Assembly (NCBI GenBank): GCA_050084985.1
Contig: JBITNC010000001.1
Location: 180,916,001-180,980,000 of the forward strand
Length of the DNA stretch: 64,000 nucleotides
Source: Nageia nagi
Lineage: Eukaryota > Plantae > Pinophyta
Direction: 5' to 3'
Shown: positions 23,813-36,339 of the stretch, piece by piece
Layout: the number at the start of each line of letters is the position of its first letter
How positions within the stretch are numbered: the first letter of the stretch is position 1
Position numbers and translations under genes: made by a program
Notes under the pieces: generated by a model
What the model was told of the DNA's origin: nothing
What the model saw: only the letters and a program-made list of their open reading frames with translations
Databases searched by the model: none

Positions 23813-26800
23813 ATCCTCTTCCTTTTTCCTTCTTTGATGTTGCTCATTCACCTCCAATCTCTTGTTGGTGAATTTTGGGCAATCATCCTGAATTCCCTGC
23901 AAGGTGTGTGTCTTACCATCAGTATCAAAACTCATGGTGAGATTCTTGTAGTTGTTACGAATGTCACCCAACTCAAATAGCCATTGCACTCCCAAGATGA
24001 TGTGAGGATGCCCCTTAACAGGATATACATAAAATTCTTCTCTCATCATGTAGCTTTGCAACCTCACCCCAAATCTGTCCACGATTTGGTCTACCTATGT
24101 GAGTTTCCCATTGGCATTGTTAACTCTGAAACCTTCTAACCCCTTGGTCTTGAGGCCCTTGTTCTTTGCAAAGCCTTCATCAATGAAATTGTGAGAGGCT
24201 CCGGGGTCGATTAAGACCATCACATCTTGGCCACTTGCTTGCCCCACTACCTTCAATGTGAGGTACTTTTTCACTCCATGGAGTGAAGCAATTATGCTTC
24301 CTAGTGAAGCTTCTGCCTTGGGTGCCTCTTGATCCAACATGTCCGTACCGATATCCAGATCCGAATCGTCCTCCTCTCCATTTGAAAACACTTCAATGTA
24401 GTGTACCTGTCCTTTGCCTTGGCAACGGTATCCTGGCTCCCATGTCTTCTTGCATTAGAAGCATTTTCCTTCTCTCAATTTCCTCCTGGTGGTTGCATCC
24501 AACTGATTTGTTCGAGGAGGGGGAAAGGGTTTGAACTTGCTAGGCCCCTCTTTCTCTGCAATCATCTTTCGAGTGGTGTGCCTCTTGTGTGTCTACCCTC
24601 CCTTTAGCGACATCATGGTGGGCTCCAAGTCATAAGCGGCTCTAATTGTGTCATCAAGGGTTCGTGGAACCGATACCTTCACCATTCCTTGCAAGGGTTC
24701 CATCAACCCTTCTACAAAGAGGAAGGTCAATCTGTCCTCAAAGATGTGCATCATGACTGCAATTTTTTGGAACTCCGAAACATACTCATCGACCGTGCCC
24801 TACTGCTTTATAGATTTTAGCTCCTTGAAATAGTCATTTTCCCTCTTTCTGTCAAATCATTTTACTAACCTTTGGGAACACTCATCAAAAGAGGAAATGT
24901 GGGAGTAATCCTAACTGACTACTCCATGTTGCCACTATTCAAGGACATCTCCCTCAAAATGCAACGATGCAAAATGAATTGCATCCTCCTCGAACATGTT
25001 TGGACTTAGGGTGAAGTAGGTCTGCAGGTGATGGAGCCAAGCCCTAGCCATCATACATGTGCACCTGCATATTGTTGATCTTTGGCTGCAACTCCCTCTT
25101 GTCATCCCACGAATTGCTTTGGGAGTGTGTGCCATGAGAGCTACTTCCATTTAACCACAAAATCTCCAGGTATCCATTGAAATTCATGTCCCTTCTCAAT
25201 CCTGGATCTAACATGGAGTACTCCCGAAAGATTTGGTTCAACTCCAGAGGATTGGGGATTCGGTTTTTCACCTCATTGGTGTACCTCTTGGCGAACATGG
25301 GCTCGGACAATTTGGGAATGATGGGCTGCTCCCCTATCTTCCCAATGTCTTCTTCCAAGAACCTCCCTAGGAGAGGGTTAGTTCCCTACGGAGCTATGTG
25401 AGAATGGGACCTAAAAAATGCATGCTCTTGGTGACCCATGGATTCGTGATGAGTGGACCCTCTATCTCTCAGACTGTGCGATCTCCTCAAACTCGGCTCC
25501 TTCATTCTATCCACCTCCCTTGGCTCTTGTTCTTCATCTGGAGTAGGACATGGGGGGCTCACATGCCTTTCTGGAACTTCTTGGCCTCCAATGAATTCAT
25601 TGATGGTGGTCATTTGCTTCTGCATAGTGGTCATCACATCCATCATATTATGTATGGCCAAAATGAGTTTGTTGAACCTCCTCTCTGATGTAGACTCTTT
25701 AGCCTAAGTAGAGCTTCTTCTCCTGGACGATGTGGATCTACCTCTTTCTGCCTCATTCTCTTCACCAAAAGTGTCCCTATCTGGAACATCATCCATCCAG
25801 GGCCGGCGATCCTCATCTTGAGTGGTTTTGGTTGGGGTTTCATCATGTTGTATCTTTCCACTCTTCTTAGTTGAGGCCATCTCTCTCTCGGTGCTATATA
25901 TGGTATAGTAGTTGTGAATTGCAGTTCTCATTCATAGGTTGGTCAAATCCAAGCTCTGATACCACTATAAGATCCCAAACACAATCTCAAGTGCAAATAA
26001 GCAAAAACTAGCAAATATACACCCATGTCTAGCCTAGAGATTCAAATCCAAGCATAAACAAACCCTCAATGCTAACGTCTCACATATACAAGCATAAATG
26101 CACAAATACACTCCAACACTGCAAATATGGAAGCATACACATCACATACAAGACAAATGCTGAGATCCAATATGCCCATGGTTGTATTAATAATGTAGAA
26201 TGATATATGATACAATACTAGGCCCACAGGGCTCAACGTTGGCCTCCAAGAAGCCAACTAGGGCACAACGAACATACAAATGTGATCACTGTTGGTACCA
26301 CGGAACAATGGATGGGACAACCTCACTCCCTCAAGCTTGGATGCTCTGCTGCAAAACTCCCACGCTTGGAAACCACTGAAGGTAGAAGTGTGACCTCGGA
26401 ATACCATCGGATGGACTAAGATGCTACCTTAGCCGTAGATTACCAAGATCCCTAAGCTTGCTAACCCTCCTAGATGCTACACCTGGGGAGATTGCTTGAC
26501 GTTGCACCAAGACTTGTGTCCATTGGACGGTATGAGAAATAATAATAATCAGGTATATCCAGCAATGATGCTTCAAGGCTTAATATAGTTCACATTAGAT
26601 TTGGATCTCACCTCAAAGTCATCACCCAACCTTCCTATTTCAATGTTGGCTTCCTAGAAGCCCCATAAAGCCCAACGAAGGTGCCTAGGGGTTAATCCAA
26701 GCCCAGTGTGGGTATGTGGGCCTTTCACATGCTCAACATCGGTCCTTATGCTCAATGTGAGTCTAGAGGGCATGCGTGGGTGTTTAGGAGTCATCATGGG

Positions 26801-27229
26801 CCAACGTGGGGGTCTAGGAGTCTCTCCAAGGTTGGCGTATGTGTACAAGTGCTCCCAAATCCAATTTTGGGGAAAATAGGTGTTTATCCATGCTCAAGTG
26901 ACATCTAGGTGCTAAACAAGTCTTGAGATTCTCACAATTAACTTTCGGGATCTACAAGTATATAACATAACATTAAATCAATCTAGCTTAAGCTTGGGAG
27001 GAAGACGTCCCACTTGGGGCTCATAGTGGGGTTCAACGGACCTTTATATTTTCTATCCCAAGTACTAACAACTAATGCACCATTAAATAAATAAATATTT
27101 ACAAAGGGGAATCCGTTGGATTCCATAATTAATTACATTTTGTAAAAGAGGATGTCACACCAAGAGAGGATAGGAAAAGTATAATGAAATAATTTAGGAA
27201 AAAGGAACCTTGACCAATTAGGTTTGTCC

Positions 27230-27407
27230 TAAAAATAGTATTTTAATCTAATCTTTCCAATACAAAACACACTTTAACATGTGTGATTCAAAGGAGTTTT
27301 AATTAGAAAAATTAGTTTAGTCCTGAAAATACTATTTGAATCTAATCTTTCCAAGACAAAACACACTTTAACATGTGTGATTCAAAGGAGTTTTAATTAG
27401 AAAAAGT
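27230..27407. repeat. ~90-bp direct duplication
   Basis: AATCTAATCTTTCCAA.ACAAAACACACTTTAACATGTGTGATTCAAAGGAGTTTTAATTAGAAAA occurs twice. Confidence 0.85.
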
Positions 27408-27704
27408 TCTAGTTAGGTTGGTTTCACTTTTCTTTGCTAAAACAATTCCTAGGGTATAGGTGCTATATCCAACACAGGCTCCATGTGATACCCCCTTTTG
27501 GAATCCGTACCTTTTAGGCCCCGAATGGTTGATTTGTCTCTTGGATTGGATAGAGCATCTTGTGCCAAACGTTTTGATAAGTTATACGAGATGGTTTCAT
27601 TAAGAAACGAGTGAGATGTATTTTGAAGTTCGCTTACCAAACCAGTTTTCTACAATCACGTGCACGGAATTTACTATTTTGTCCCATTTAATGGGATTGC
27701 TCTA

Positions 27705-28401
27705 TATTACATCCCTCTCCTAAGGATATGAGTTAGTAGCTGATTGTATCTAGGAGTGTGCTATGTATTTAGGAGTCATTATGCACCTTTTAATAATAAT
27801 GAATTATAATGATGTAGTAGTGAGATCTCAGGATAGTAGATTTATAGTTTCAAGGTACCAATTGTGAGCCCCATTGTGGGATGTCTCCCTCGTAGAGATA
27901 GTTAGGAGTGTTCATTAGCATTATAGATCTAGGATGAAGCTATATAAAGAAGAAGCACATCATTGTAAAGGCATCTTGAGCATTGTTTGAAATCTTCTAT
28001 CTTCAAACTGGCAACGCCATCTCTTGAGCCTCACATTGGATGGAAACCCAACATGGAGAAGAGCATAGTGGGATGTAGCTCTAACTAGGCTATTAGATAA
28101 GGACAAAAACCCTTAGACAATCCAAACATGCAGCTAGATCCGTGATGTCAGCTTCCAACAATATTTGGAGAGTGTGTGCCCTAGATTTGGTGCTTTGAGC
28201 CAGACGTCAGCCCTCTTCATTTGGTTGTATCTTGATCATTTCTTGCATAATATTGAGACATTGACATTTCTATCACTTTGTCTTGTGCGTTGGATAGTTT
28301 TGTGGTGTAATTGCTTGTTCTTGCTCATTTCTTGAATTATTGCTTGTTCTTGCTCATTTCTTGAATTATTGCTTGTGCATTAATAATTTTGGGACGTTAC
28401 A
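27705..28401 (+). mobile_element. Solo LTR
   Basis: TATTACATCCC...GGGACGTTACA ends, TATA GCTATATAAAG near 27940. Flanks CTCTA and CTTCA are each one C>T change from CTCCA. Confidence 0.75.
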
Positions 28402-28775
28402 CTTCAATTGGGATAATTTCCGAACCGAGCTTTATGGGAAGCAATTAAGAATCTCAGCTATCTCCGATCATAAATTTTTTTTTATATATACTACAGGGAA
28501 TTATGGTACAATATCATAAGGCTGAAGTGTTTTTCCTAACTAGTGTACTGGCTCTTGAGATCTCAAGTGATAGCAAAGTATACAATGAGCATGTGATCAT
28601 TCAACATCAACTGATTAGGTCTCACATATTTAAGAGCGATTAGTATAAACCATTTTGTATAGATTTGCATCTGTTATGGCCTCAAAACCTTCCATTCAAT
28701 TTCATGACAACTTTGTATTTGGATACCTTTACTCAAGAATTTTGACAATTGATGCTTGTTCTTCTTGGCGTTTGT

Positions 28776-30034
28776 TGTAAGGATCCAAACCCTCAAGTGC
28801 AAATTAGCAAATTTCAACCAACATACCCTAACGTCAGGCCTAGGGCATCAAACACAAGCACACAAACCCTCAATATGGCAACGTTAGGGTTAGGGCATCC
28901 ACTTCAAGCTATCACAATGCAATTATGCCAATGTCTAAGATAGGGCATCAATATTAAACATGCACAACACCAAGATGCCAACGTATGGCCAATACAAGCA
29001 GATAACAATATACATAAGCTCACAATGCCAACATTTTGCAATCTACACAAATACATGCAATGGTAATTCAACGATGGCAATAGACAAGCAAACATAATAT
29101 AAATATGATATCCAAGTGCCACTGACTGTATATATGATCAACAATGAATATCAATACAATACCAAGCTCCCAAAGTTGGATGTTGGCCTCCAAGGAGCCA
29201 ACTAGGGCACAATCTGTATGTTGCTCATTGTTGGACTGATACTCGAACCTTGGGACAATATTGCTCCCTTAGAACCCAAATCCTTTTGCATCGAAGGAGC
29301 CCTCCTTTGATCCTGGAAACCATTGAAGCTAGAAACTATACCTTGGAATACCAACCGGTGGGCAAGGGCGTTGCGCCAATGCTGTAGACAATCAGGATCC
29401 CTTAGCTTGAAAGCCCTCTTAGATGTTGCACCCAAGGGATTGCTCAGTATCGCTAAGTCTTGTTATCCTCTGGACAATATGAATTATAATAATAATCATG
29501 TATATCCAGTAATGAGGCTCCAATGTCTCTTTATACACTTGCTCTGTTCGGATCTCACGTAGGAGTCATCACCTGGCTCATCTAATCCAACGTTGGTCTC
29601 CTGGGGGCATGGAATACCCAACGTGGGTGCTTAGGGGTTAGGCATGCCAACATGGGGGTCTAAGTGTGCCACGCATGCCCACATGGGTGAATGGGTCATG
29701 CATGGGGGTTTTGGTGTCAAGTTGGGCCAATATGGGGGTATGGGAGCCTCCTCAAGGCTGGTGCAAGCATATAAAGGTCTATCCATGATCTCAATGTAAC
29801 AATAGACCTTGGGATTCCCACAATCATTATTGGGATCTCCAAGTGCAATAATAACTCCTAATCTAGACTTAGGAGGGAGATGTCCCACTTGGGGCTCATA
29901 GTGAGGTCCATTGACCCATTAAGTCTTCTATCCCAAGTTGCAAACATGAAAGTACAATGCATTAATAAAATATATTACAAGATGAACCTATTAGATTCCA
30001 AGATTAATTACAACTGTGCAAGGGGGACGTCACA
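28776..30034 (-). mobile_element. Solo LTR of the 20461 element's family
   Basis: TGTAAG...GTCACA ends, clear similarity to 25966-27159. Flanks TTTGT and TCCGC differ only by C>T changes. Confidence 0.8.
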
Positions 30035-31354
30035 TCCGCATATAATGGCACACTTAGAGACTCTAGTTTTTGATATAATCCGGTAGACATCATATTCATG
30101 TATCTCCATTTTTTTGTCAACATGGCAATTCTCAACTTCATACCCCAATTGGCATTGTACAACTGCTGAAGGTTTCTCTGGATAACTTGACTGTCTTTTA
30201 TTTTCCCTAGGAAATTGCTGATCTTCAACTTGAGGCACAGAATTTGCACTCATTGCTGTCTCTTCCATTTCCTGTCTGTATATTTCTTTTTCTATTTCAT
30301 CAGTGACGAACATGATCTTGTTTCTTTTGTTGCAACATGATTACTGGTTTATCAACTGTGATTGCTGATACACAATTTCGTTGTCGTTCTTCTGATTTTT
30401 CATTCTTTAACATCTTCTCTTCTTCTAGCCTTTGTTTTTCCAAATACCTTTTGGTCTTTATTCAAATTCATAAGAACTTCAGCGTCTGATTGATAAGTAT
30501 TTTTGTCCAGTTATTAGAGAGTTTGTCGTTTTAGTTTAATATGGAATTAGGGGTTACAAAGGGGTTGGAAGGGCTGTGGTGGCCCTACAACCATCGAGGA
30601 TTGCTGTGTGCCCTTGGTATTCCTTGGCATGTCTTCAGTTTTATGATCGTATCAAGGATTGTCAGCTGGTGGCTGCCAGTGTTTGGAGGATGGCCCTGCC
30701 CAGAAGGTAGGCATTCCAATATAGCTTGAGGCATCCCTAAGCCATCCTGGACAGCCCACAGGGGTGGATGTGTCTTTGTGTACCCTTGGTTTTGAATATT
30801 GAAAGGTATTTCTGGTACATTTAACTGATTCCTGGGATCTTATTAAAAGAAAACATTAAAAAGATTTGCTGAATCAAGTTGTTGTATTATAATTCTAAAA
30901 TGGCAATTTTTCTGCAAAGCACATTTAGAGGTCTAAAAGCAGTCACAGATTTGGATTTCTCCTGGACGTTTTCTGCAAACTAGTTTTGATCTTGTTTCTC
31001 TAGTTTTTAATACTATTGATTGCTTGTTGACTCAATTAAATTGTATTTGCCATTTTCACAGTAGAGCTTTCTAGAAAGGTTTCATCTCATCCTGTGTGTT
31101 TTCTATTTTAGTGACATTCATTTTTCATTCACTAAATATAATAAAGAAATAGCACAAGCACTAGAGCCTAGACAAAATCATGCTTGAGCTTAACTCCTTT
31201 TATTCTATATTCTGCATTGTGTTTAGGTACTGTATTTAGGTATAATAGAAGGTAAATGAGTGTAGCTATTGAGGAGATAATGCTTTTTATTAATCTTGCC
31301 ATGCTGTTTATCTATAGTTTTTGTTAATCTTGCTATGCTGGTTGTCCCTACCAG

Positions 31355-31492
31355 GAAGGTGTGAAAATAGCAGTATCAGATAATGAGCTTCGTAGCACGC
31401 CCCAAGGAAAAACTACTGTAGATGTTGAAGACTCTGATGTTGAGAGTTCTTCAGACATCCTTTCTGAACTTCCTACTCCTGCAACCCTTGTG
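31355..31492 (+). CDS. UBA1-like exon after the 25.8 kb intron
   Basis: Acceptor ccAG. EGVKIAVSDNELRSTPQGKTTVDVEDSDVESSSDILSELPTPATLV (cf. UBA1 SGVKIHVSDQEL...LPSP), 46 codons. Donor GTAAGC. Not in the ORF track. Confidence 0.9.
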
Positions 31493-31992
31493 GTAAGCTG
31501 GTAATTTATTGAACATGGTTTATAGATTTCTAATGCTCTTCAGATATTTCTTGTGACAAACCTTACACATGGTTCATATATGGAGGATTTTCAGGAGCAG
31601 CTAGCTTTTTAATGCTTCATGTGAGACAATCATAGATGAAAAGCATATACTCGAGAAGCTATCCCTAACATGAAAAGGAAATGAAGCATGGATGCTTTAC
31701 TTCCATAGTTCATTGATATCTTCTACATATTTATTAGTGAAATGTCCATCTCTTTTGTACAATAGGTGTACTCCTGTATGAAAATGAGTTCTGGTAATTG
31801 CATATCATACAAGGTTACATCATTGTCCTAGTGAGACAATCATGGACTCAAAACTTTCAAGTTTGAACATATGAATATTTGATATATTGAATAACTCGGC
31901 AAGAAAACCATGCCATGTAAACTCACCCTTTTTCCTAAGCATAATCTTTTTTCCATTAATCCTGTACTATGGAAGCTAGCAGCAACAGGGAC

Positions 31993-32175
31993 AGGAAGTT
32001 GGATACCAATTAAAAATATCCTGTTATGCATCTCTTTATTGATTGTCAAGATTTACTTATCTTCACTTTATAGTTCATATTCATAACTTTTACGAGGAAA
32101 GGAAGTTGGCTACCAATTAAAATTATGCTGTTATGCATCTCTTTATTGATTGTGAAGATTTACTTATCTTCACTT
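31993..32175. repeat. 76-bp direct repeat pair
   Basis: 31993-32068 and 32100-32175 are near-identical (AGGAAGTTGG...ACTTATCTTCACTT). Confidence 0.85.
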
Positions 32176-32710
32176 CATGCCTTTTACATGGATAGATAAG
32201 TTTTGTGTTATTCACTGTACATTTTGTGCTTATATTTGATTCTGTGTATTCATCTGTCTATTTTATGTGAATAATGTATGGATCATATGGTTGAAACTTT
32301 TTACCTGGATTTATATCTCCGCAGAATTCAGGACTTATGGGGATTTGTCCCTTTACTATTATCCTTGGTGGTTCCAGTTGTCAATGAAAATGTTCACTAA
32401 CATCAGGAAGGATATTCGTTTAAGCTTAAACATAGAAGACACGTTTATAAGGTATCCCTCAACTAGCATTGCATAAAATAATAACTGGTTAAGAATTATA
32501 AGATTAATAGTGCACTAAAAATGGTGTCAACAGATAATTATTAATAACAAACACTTGAATGTGAATGAATTAAAATAGTGTAGAAGCTAGCAAAGGTAGT
32601 AGCTGAACATGAAGGGATCTTCCACAAAGTGAAGATGAGGCAGAAGCTGAATCAGTATAACAACTACACAGTATTAAAACATGCTTTATTTGAAACAAAC
32701 TCTTGTATTC

Positions 32711-33690
32711 TGTGATGTTCCAAAATATTTCCTGTTCGAAATTATTATCCAGCATGTGCAAGGAACCATGCAATGATCATGAAACAATGCCAAACACAAA
32801 AATATTGCCAAAAATATCCAACAGACAAGCGAATATGAGATCCAATGGTGCAATGCCTCAATATATAGCAATGAATGATCGAGAGACAAGGCAATAGGGC
32901 TCAAAGGGCTGATGTCTGGCTCTATGGACGAGATCTAGCACCAAACAATGTCAAATATGCACCAAGAAGGCTGACATCACAATGCTAGGCTCTCAATCAC
33001 TGGATCTGCAGTGAAGAACTGAAGCAACACTCCCTCAGAGGCTGGACGCTTCACCAAAGGGCTCTTCGAAGTGATGCAACCAATGACTAAGGGTTTTTGT
33101 CCTTAGTCAAGATCTAGTGTGGTTTTTGTCCCACCAAACTTTTCTTGTAGGTTTTCGTCCACAAGAGGCCCAAGAGATGACTCTGCGCCACACTCCAAAG
33201 TAGAAGATGTTAAAAATGCCAAAAGCTACGTCCCCAATGCTGTGCTAGTCCATTATATAGGTGACGCCTCACTTGGATGCCTAGATCTCATCTAGGAATC
33301 AACAAGGATATGGTGCCTCACTCCACACGCATGGATTACCCTTGGGATCATGCCAAACTAGGCGTCTCATGTCCAATCCCACATTGAGACTTTGAGATTA
33401 CCACAATCATGCCTAGATGTAATTAAACACACGTACCTAGCTCAAGGAGGGAGATATCCCACATTGCGGCTCACAATTGGTCTCTTGGACCCATAAGTCT
33501 CCTATCCCGAGATTACAATATGCCTAAGGGTACATGCTAATAATAATCAAATACTTCTGTTTATTAAATCACTCCTAATTTACATCTTAGCATGCCTAGA
33601 CGCTCCTTAAGGGGAGATGCCAAGCCTTAAGTGGACCCCAGGGTCTTTTCTTACAAAGGAAAGAAACAATAAAAAATTTGGAACATTACA
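32711..33690 (-). mobile_element. Solo LTR (980 bp)
   Basis: TGTGATGTTCCAAA...TTTGGAACATTACA ends, exact TSD TATTC, minus-strand TATA CCTATATAA near 33258. Confidence 0.88.
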
Positions 33691-35361
33691 TATTCATTCA
33701 AGTACAAGTAAATAAGATAGATAACTCAAGCATCCATTACCATTGTACTTAACAGGAAAATAAAACTGGATTGGAAATTTATGTCGAGGGAGAGAAATCC
33801 CCTTTTCTTTTACAGTTCAAATATTTGTACAATAATGTCATCTCAAGTTCATGGTTATTGGCCTTTCATTTCTTTCATATAAACTATTATTATGACAGTT
33901 CACTTCTATAAAAACCAGGATTATTTGCATCATTCATGTGCATATCTGCTTCCGTTACCATCCCATGCCTTATTCATTGGGCATTACTCCCTGCAAAATC
34001 AAGAACATAAGTAGTTACATAAAAATAATATGTAAATAAGAATACCTGCCTATGTCCTTCATGGTATAGTATAGTCCTCAAGCCCAAAATACTTGAAAGA
34101 TTTAGAATCTGTTGCTATACTTCCCTAATATCTTTGTCACCATCTAGATTGTGGTGTTGAGATCCAGACTTGGTCCAGATTCGGCAGGCGTATATTTGAT
34201 TAAGTCTTGGAAACAGTAAGAAGACATGCCAAGAACTTGGCAAAGACTGGAGAAATAAAAAAATATACTTTCAAAGATTTCATCGAAGAAATGCTATTTT
34301 TATACTTTATTTTGTATATCAACATCAAGTACATACAAAGTCAATCATATAACTGCTTATCAGAATACATTTATTCATTCTAACCAGAAATGCCTTGAAA
34401 CATGAATATTTTGAATTTTTTCTTCTGTTTTTTTTTTTCCATTTTTAGACCTTGCTAGACTTGGCCTCGCCAAAGTAGCTACACTCGGCATAGACTCATC
34501 AAGTCTTTCCCAGAGTTGTGTGTCTTGCCAAGGTAATACTCTTTAAAGTAGTCGACTGTTTAGCCCCAACTAGGAGTAAATCTCGTGCCAAGAGGGTGGG
34601 GGACAAGGACTGTTGCTATGTCCATTGGGACCAACACCTCATTAACAATGTCTGGAATGCATCAAATGAACTGATAGACAGTTAGGAACAAGACCGTGTA
34701 ACAACCTATGTTGCATCAAGGTCTTTTGTGTGACAAATTGATTCACCTATAAGCCATCAGAGAAGCATCAATTTAACAGAAAGAATATGAATGATGATTA
34801 TCTTGTTTAAATATCAAGAATGGGCTCTTCCACATTCTTTTTATGAGTTCAAGCATTCCAATGGTATATTACATCATATTTTTCATCAAGGCCTCGATGT
34901 GGCATTTTTATTCCATATGTTATTATTTATTCCTATAAATAGGTCAAAAGTTAGTTTTAAATTTCAATACTCAATATAATACAACTATGTCAAGTTGGTG
35001 ACCAAGTCAGGATCAAGTATCAACTGATGCTTGTTGAACCTATCAATATGTTCACCTAAGCTTATTAAATGGAGAAGGCCACATTACATGCACACTGGGA
35101 GTGCAAATTATACAAGGGATGGAAAGGTAAAAAGATGGAGTAGTATTGCTGATTTCAATACATCAGATAAGACCATATCTTTAGTAGAACTTGCGTTTTA
35201 CTTGTTCAATGGGTAGGAGCTGTCCATGAAATACTATGTTTTGTTCTTTGAGCTCAGGGTGGCACATGGGTTTAATGTAATACTATTAATTGGATGCTTT
35301 GCATTAGTCTTTGTCCTTCAGTTATCATCTTACTTTTTCTCACGGTAATATTCTGGTACAG

Positions 35362-35487
35362 GGCTATCGTCTTTCACCTATAGACTTTAATAAGGATGAT
35401 GAGACAAATTTTCATGCTGAGTTTGTACATTCAGCAGCAAATCTTCGAGCACAAAACTATGGGATAGGCCTTTCAGATAAACTGCAG
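35362..35487 (+). CDS. UBA1-like exon
   Basis: GYRLSPIDFNKDDETNFHAEFVHSAANLRAQNYGIGLSDKLQ matches the E1 motif FEKDDxxNFH...NLRAxNY. Splice sites acAG and GTTAGC. Confidence 0.95.
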
Positions 35488-36339
35488 GTTAGCTATCTTA
35501 TTAAATTAAAATGTTTCATTGTTCTGCTTTTTGTCTATTAAGCATTGTTCTTGTGTAATTATTTTCAGTGCATTATGCCTTGTAGTTAACCAAATTACTA
35601 GACATAACATATTAAAATATGACAATTGTGTTCTTGCGTTTTATGAGATGGGTGTGAGAGCATCCTTTTTTCATTCTTATTTTGTAAATTTGGATAAGCA
35701 TAATTAAGGCCTAAGTTGATGCTCAGTTTTGTCAAGAAAGGGATTCACTGAACTACATCTGCTTTGAAAGGTTAAGGATCAATTTTGTCTTGTTTCCAGG
35801 ATTTGATTTGCATGATTATGTAGGGCACATCCTTTAAATTTCCATGATTTAGATTTGTGTCCAAATTACATATTTTCTAGAAAAAAATTATGCGTGAAGT
35901 GAATGCCATGTTTGAGTTGTAGTTTCTGTGAAGAAAGCATTCATAAGTGCATGCTAGGTAGGGTTTCTATGATCTGTATTTTCAAGCTTGTAACTGGTGG
36001 AAGCTAATGCTACATTGTGAGGAGATATTATGGTGTTGCAGGAGATATGAGATAAATTCTTCTCAATATAAAACTGAAATGGTGGTTATTACAGTGACAT
36101 TGTTGGTTTACGACAGTAAATATATTGTTATGTTGATCTCTTGCAATCCTTTTATGTTTAATTGAATTTTATTCTGCAATTACTGCCATCAAACCTTAAA
36201 TTAGTAGCAGAGCTTTGAAAAAATAGTACCATTTAGGAGAGTTCAACTTGTTCTTTTCAGAATTAAAAGATTTTGAGAGGCTTATTTTAATCCTAGTGGT
36301 CCAATGAGTTCCAAGAACTGTATGAAAAGGTATAGAGAA

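Larger units (their letters stand above)
20461..27159 (-). mobile_element. Ty3/gypsy-derived gag+protease LTR element (TR-GAG-like) with a 30-bp coding repeat
   Basis: LTRs at 20461-22827 (interrupted) and 25966-27159, exact TSD CCAAG, PBS 25953-25964, PPT AGAGGGGAGG. Gag remnant and protease VLIDPGASHNFID. No RT or integrase. Confidence 0.92.
27449..30540 (-). pseudogene. Degenerate orphan ORF A split by two solo LTRs
   Basis: Removing 28776-30034 plus one TSD joins ...SKCAIICG to RQEEQASIVKILE in frame. Removing 27705-28401 gives ...ARFGNYPN(W)SNPIKWDKIVNSVHVIVENWFGKR. Confidence 0.55.

Noticed and set aside
30548-30788. hAT-like MITE with imperfect TIRs
   Set aside because: No TSD found. 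Plausible but not adequately supported.
34150-34535. MITE-like tract with AGACT[TC]GG repeats
   Set aside because: Termini and TSD not resolved.
2913-35487. Fungal or animal contamination explaining the opisthokont-like E1
   Set aside because: The exons are embedded in plant-type TEs (tRNA-Met PBS LTR elements, a HIPP-carrying MULE) with continuous splice logic.
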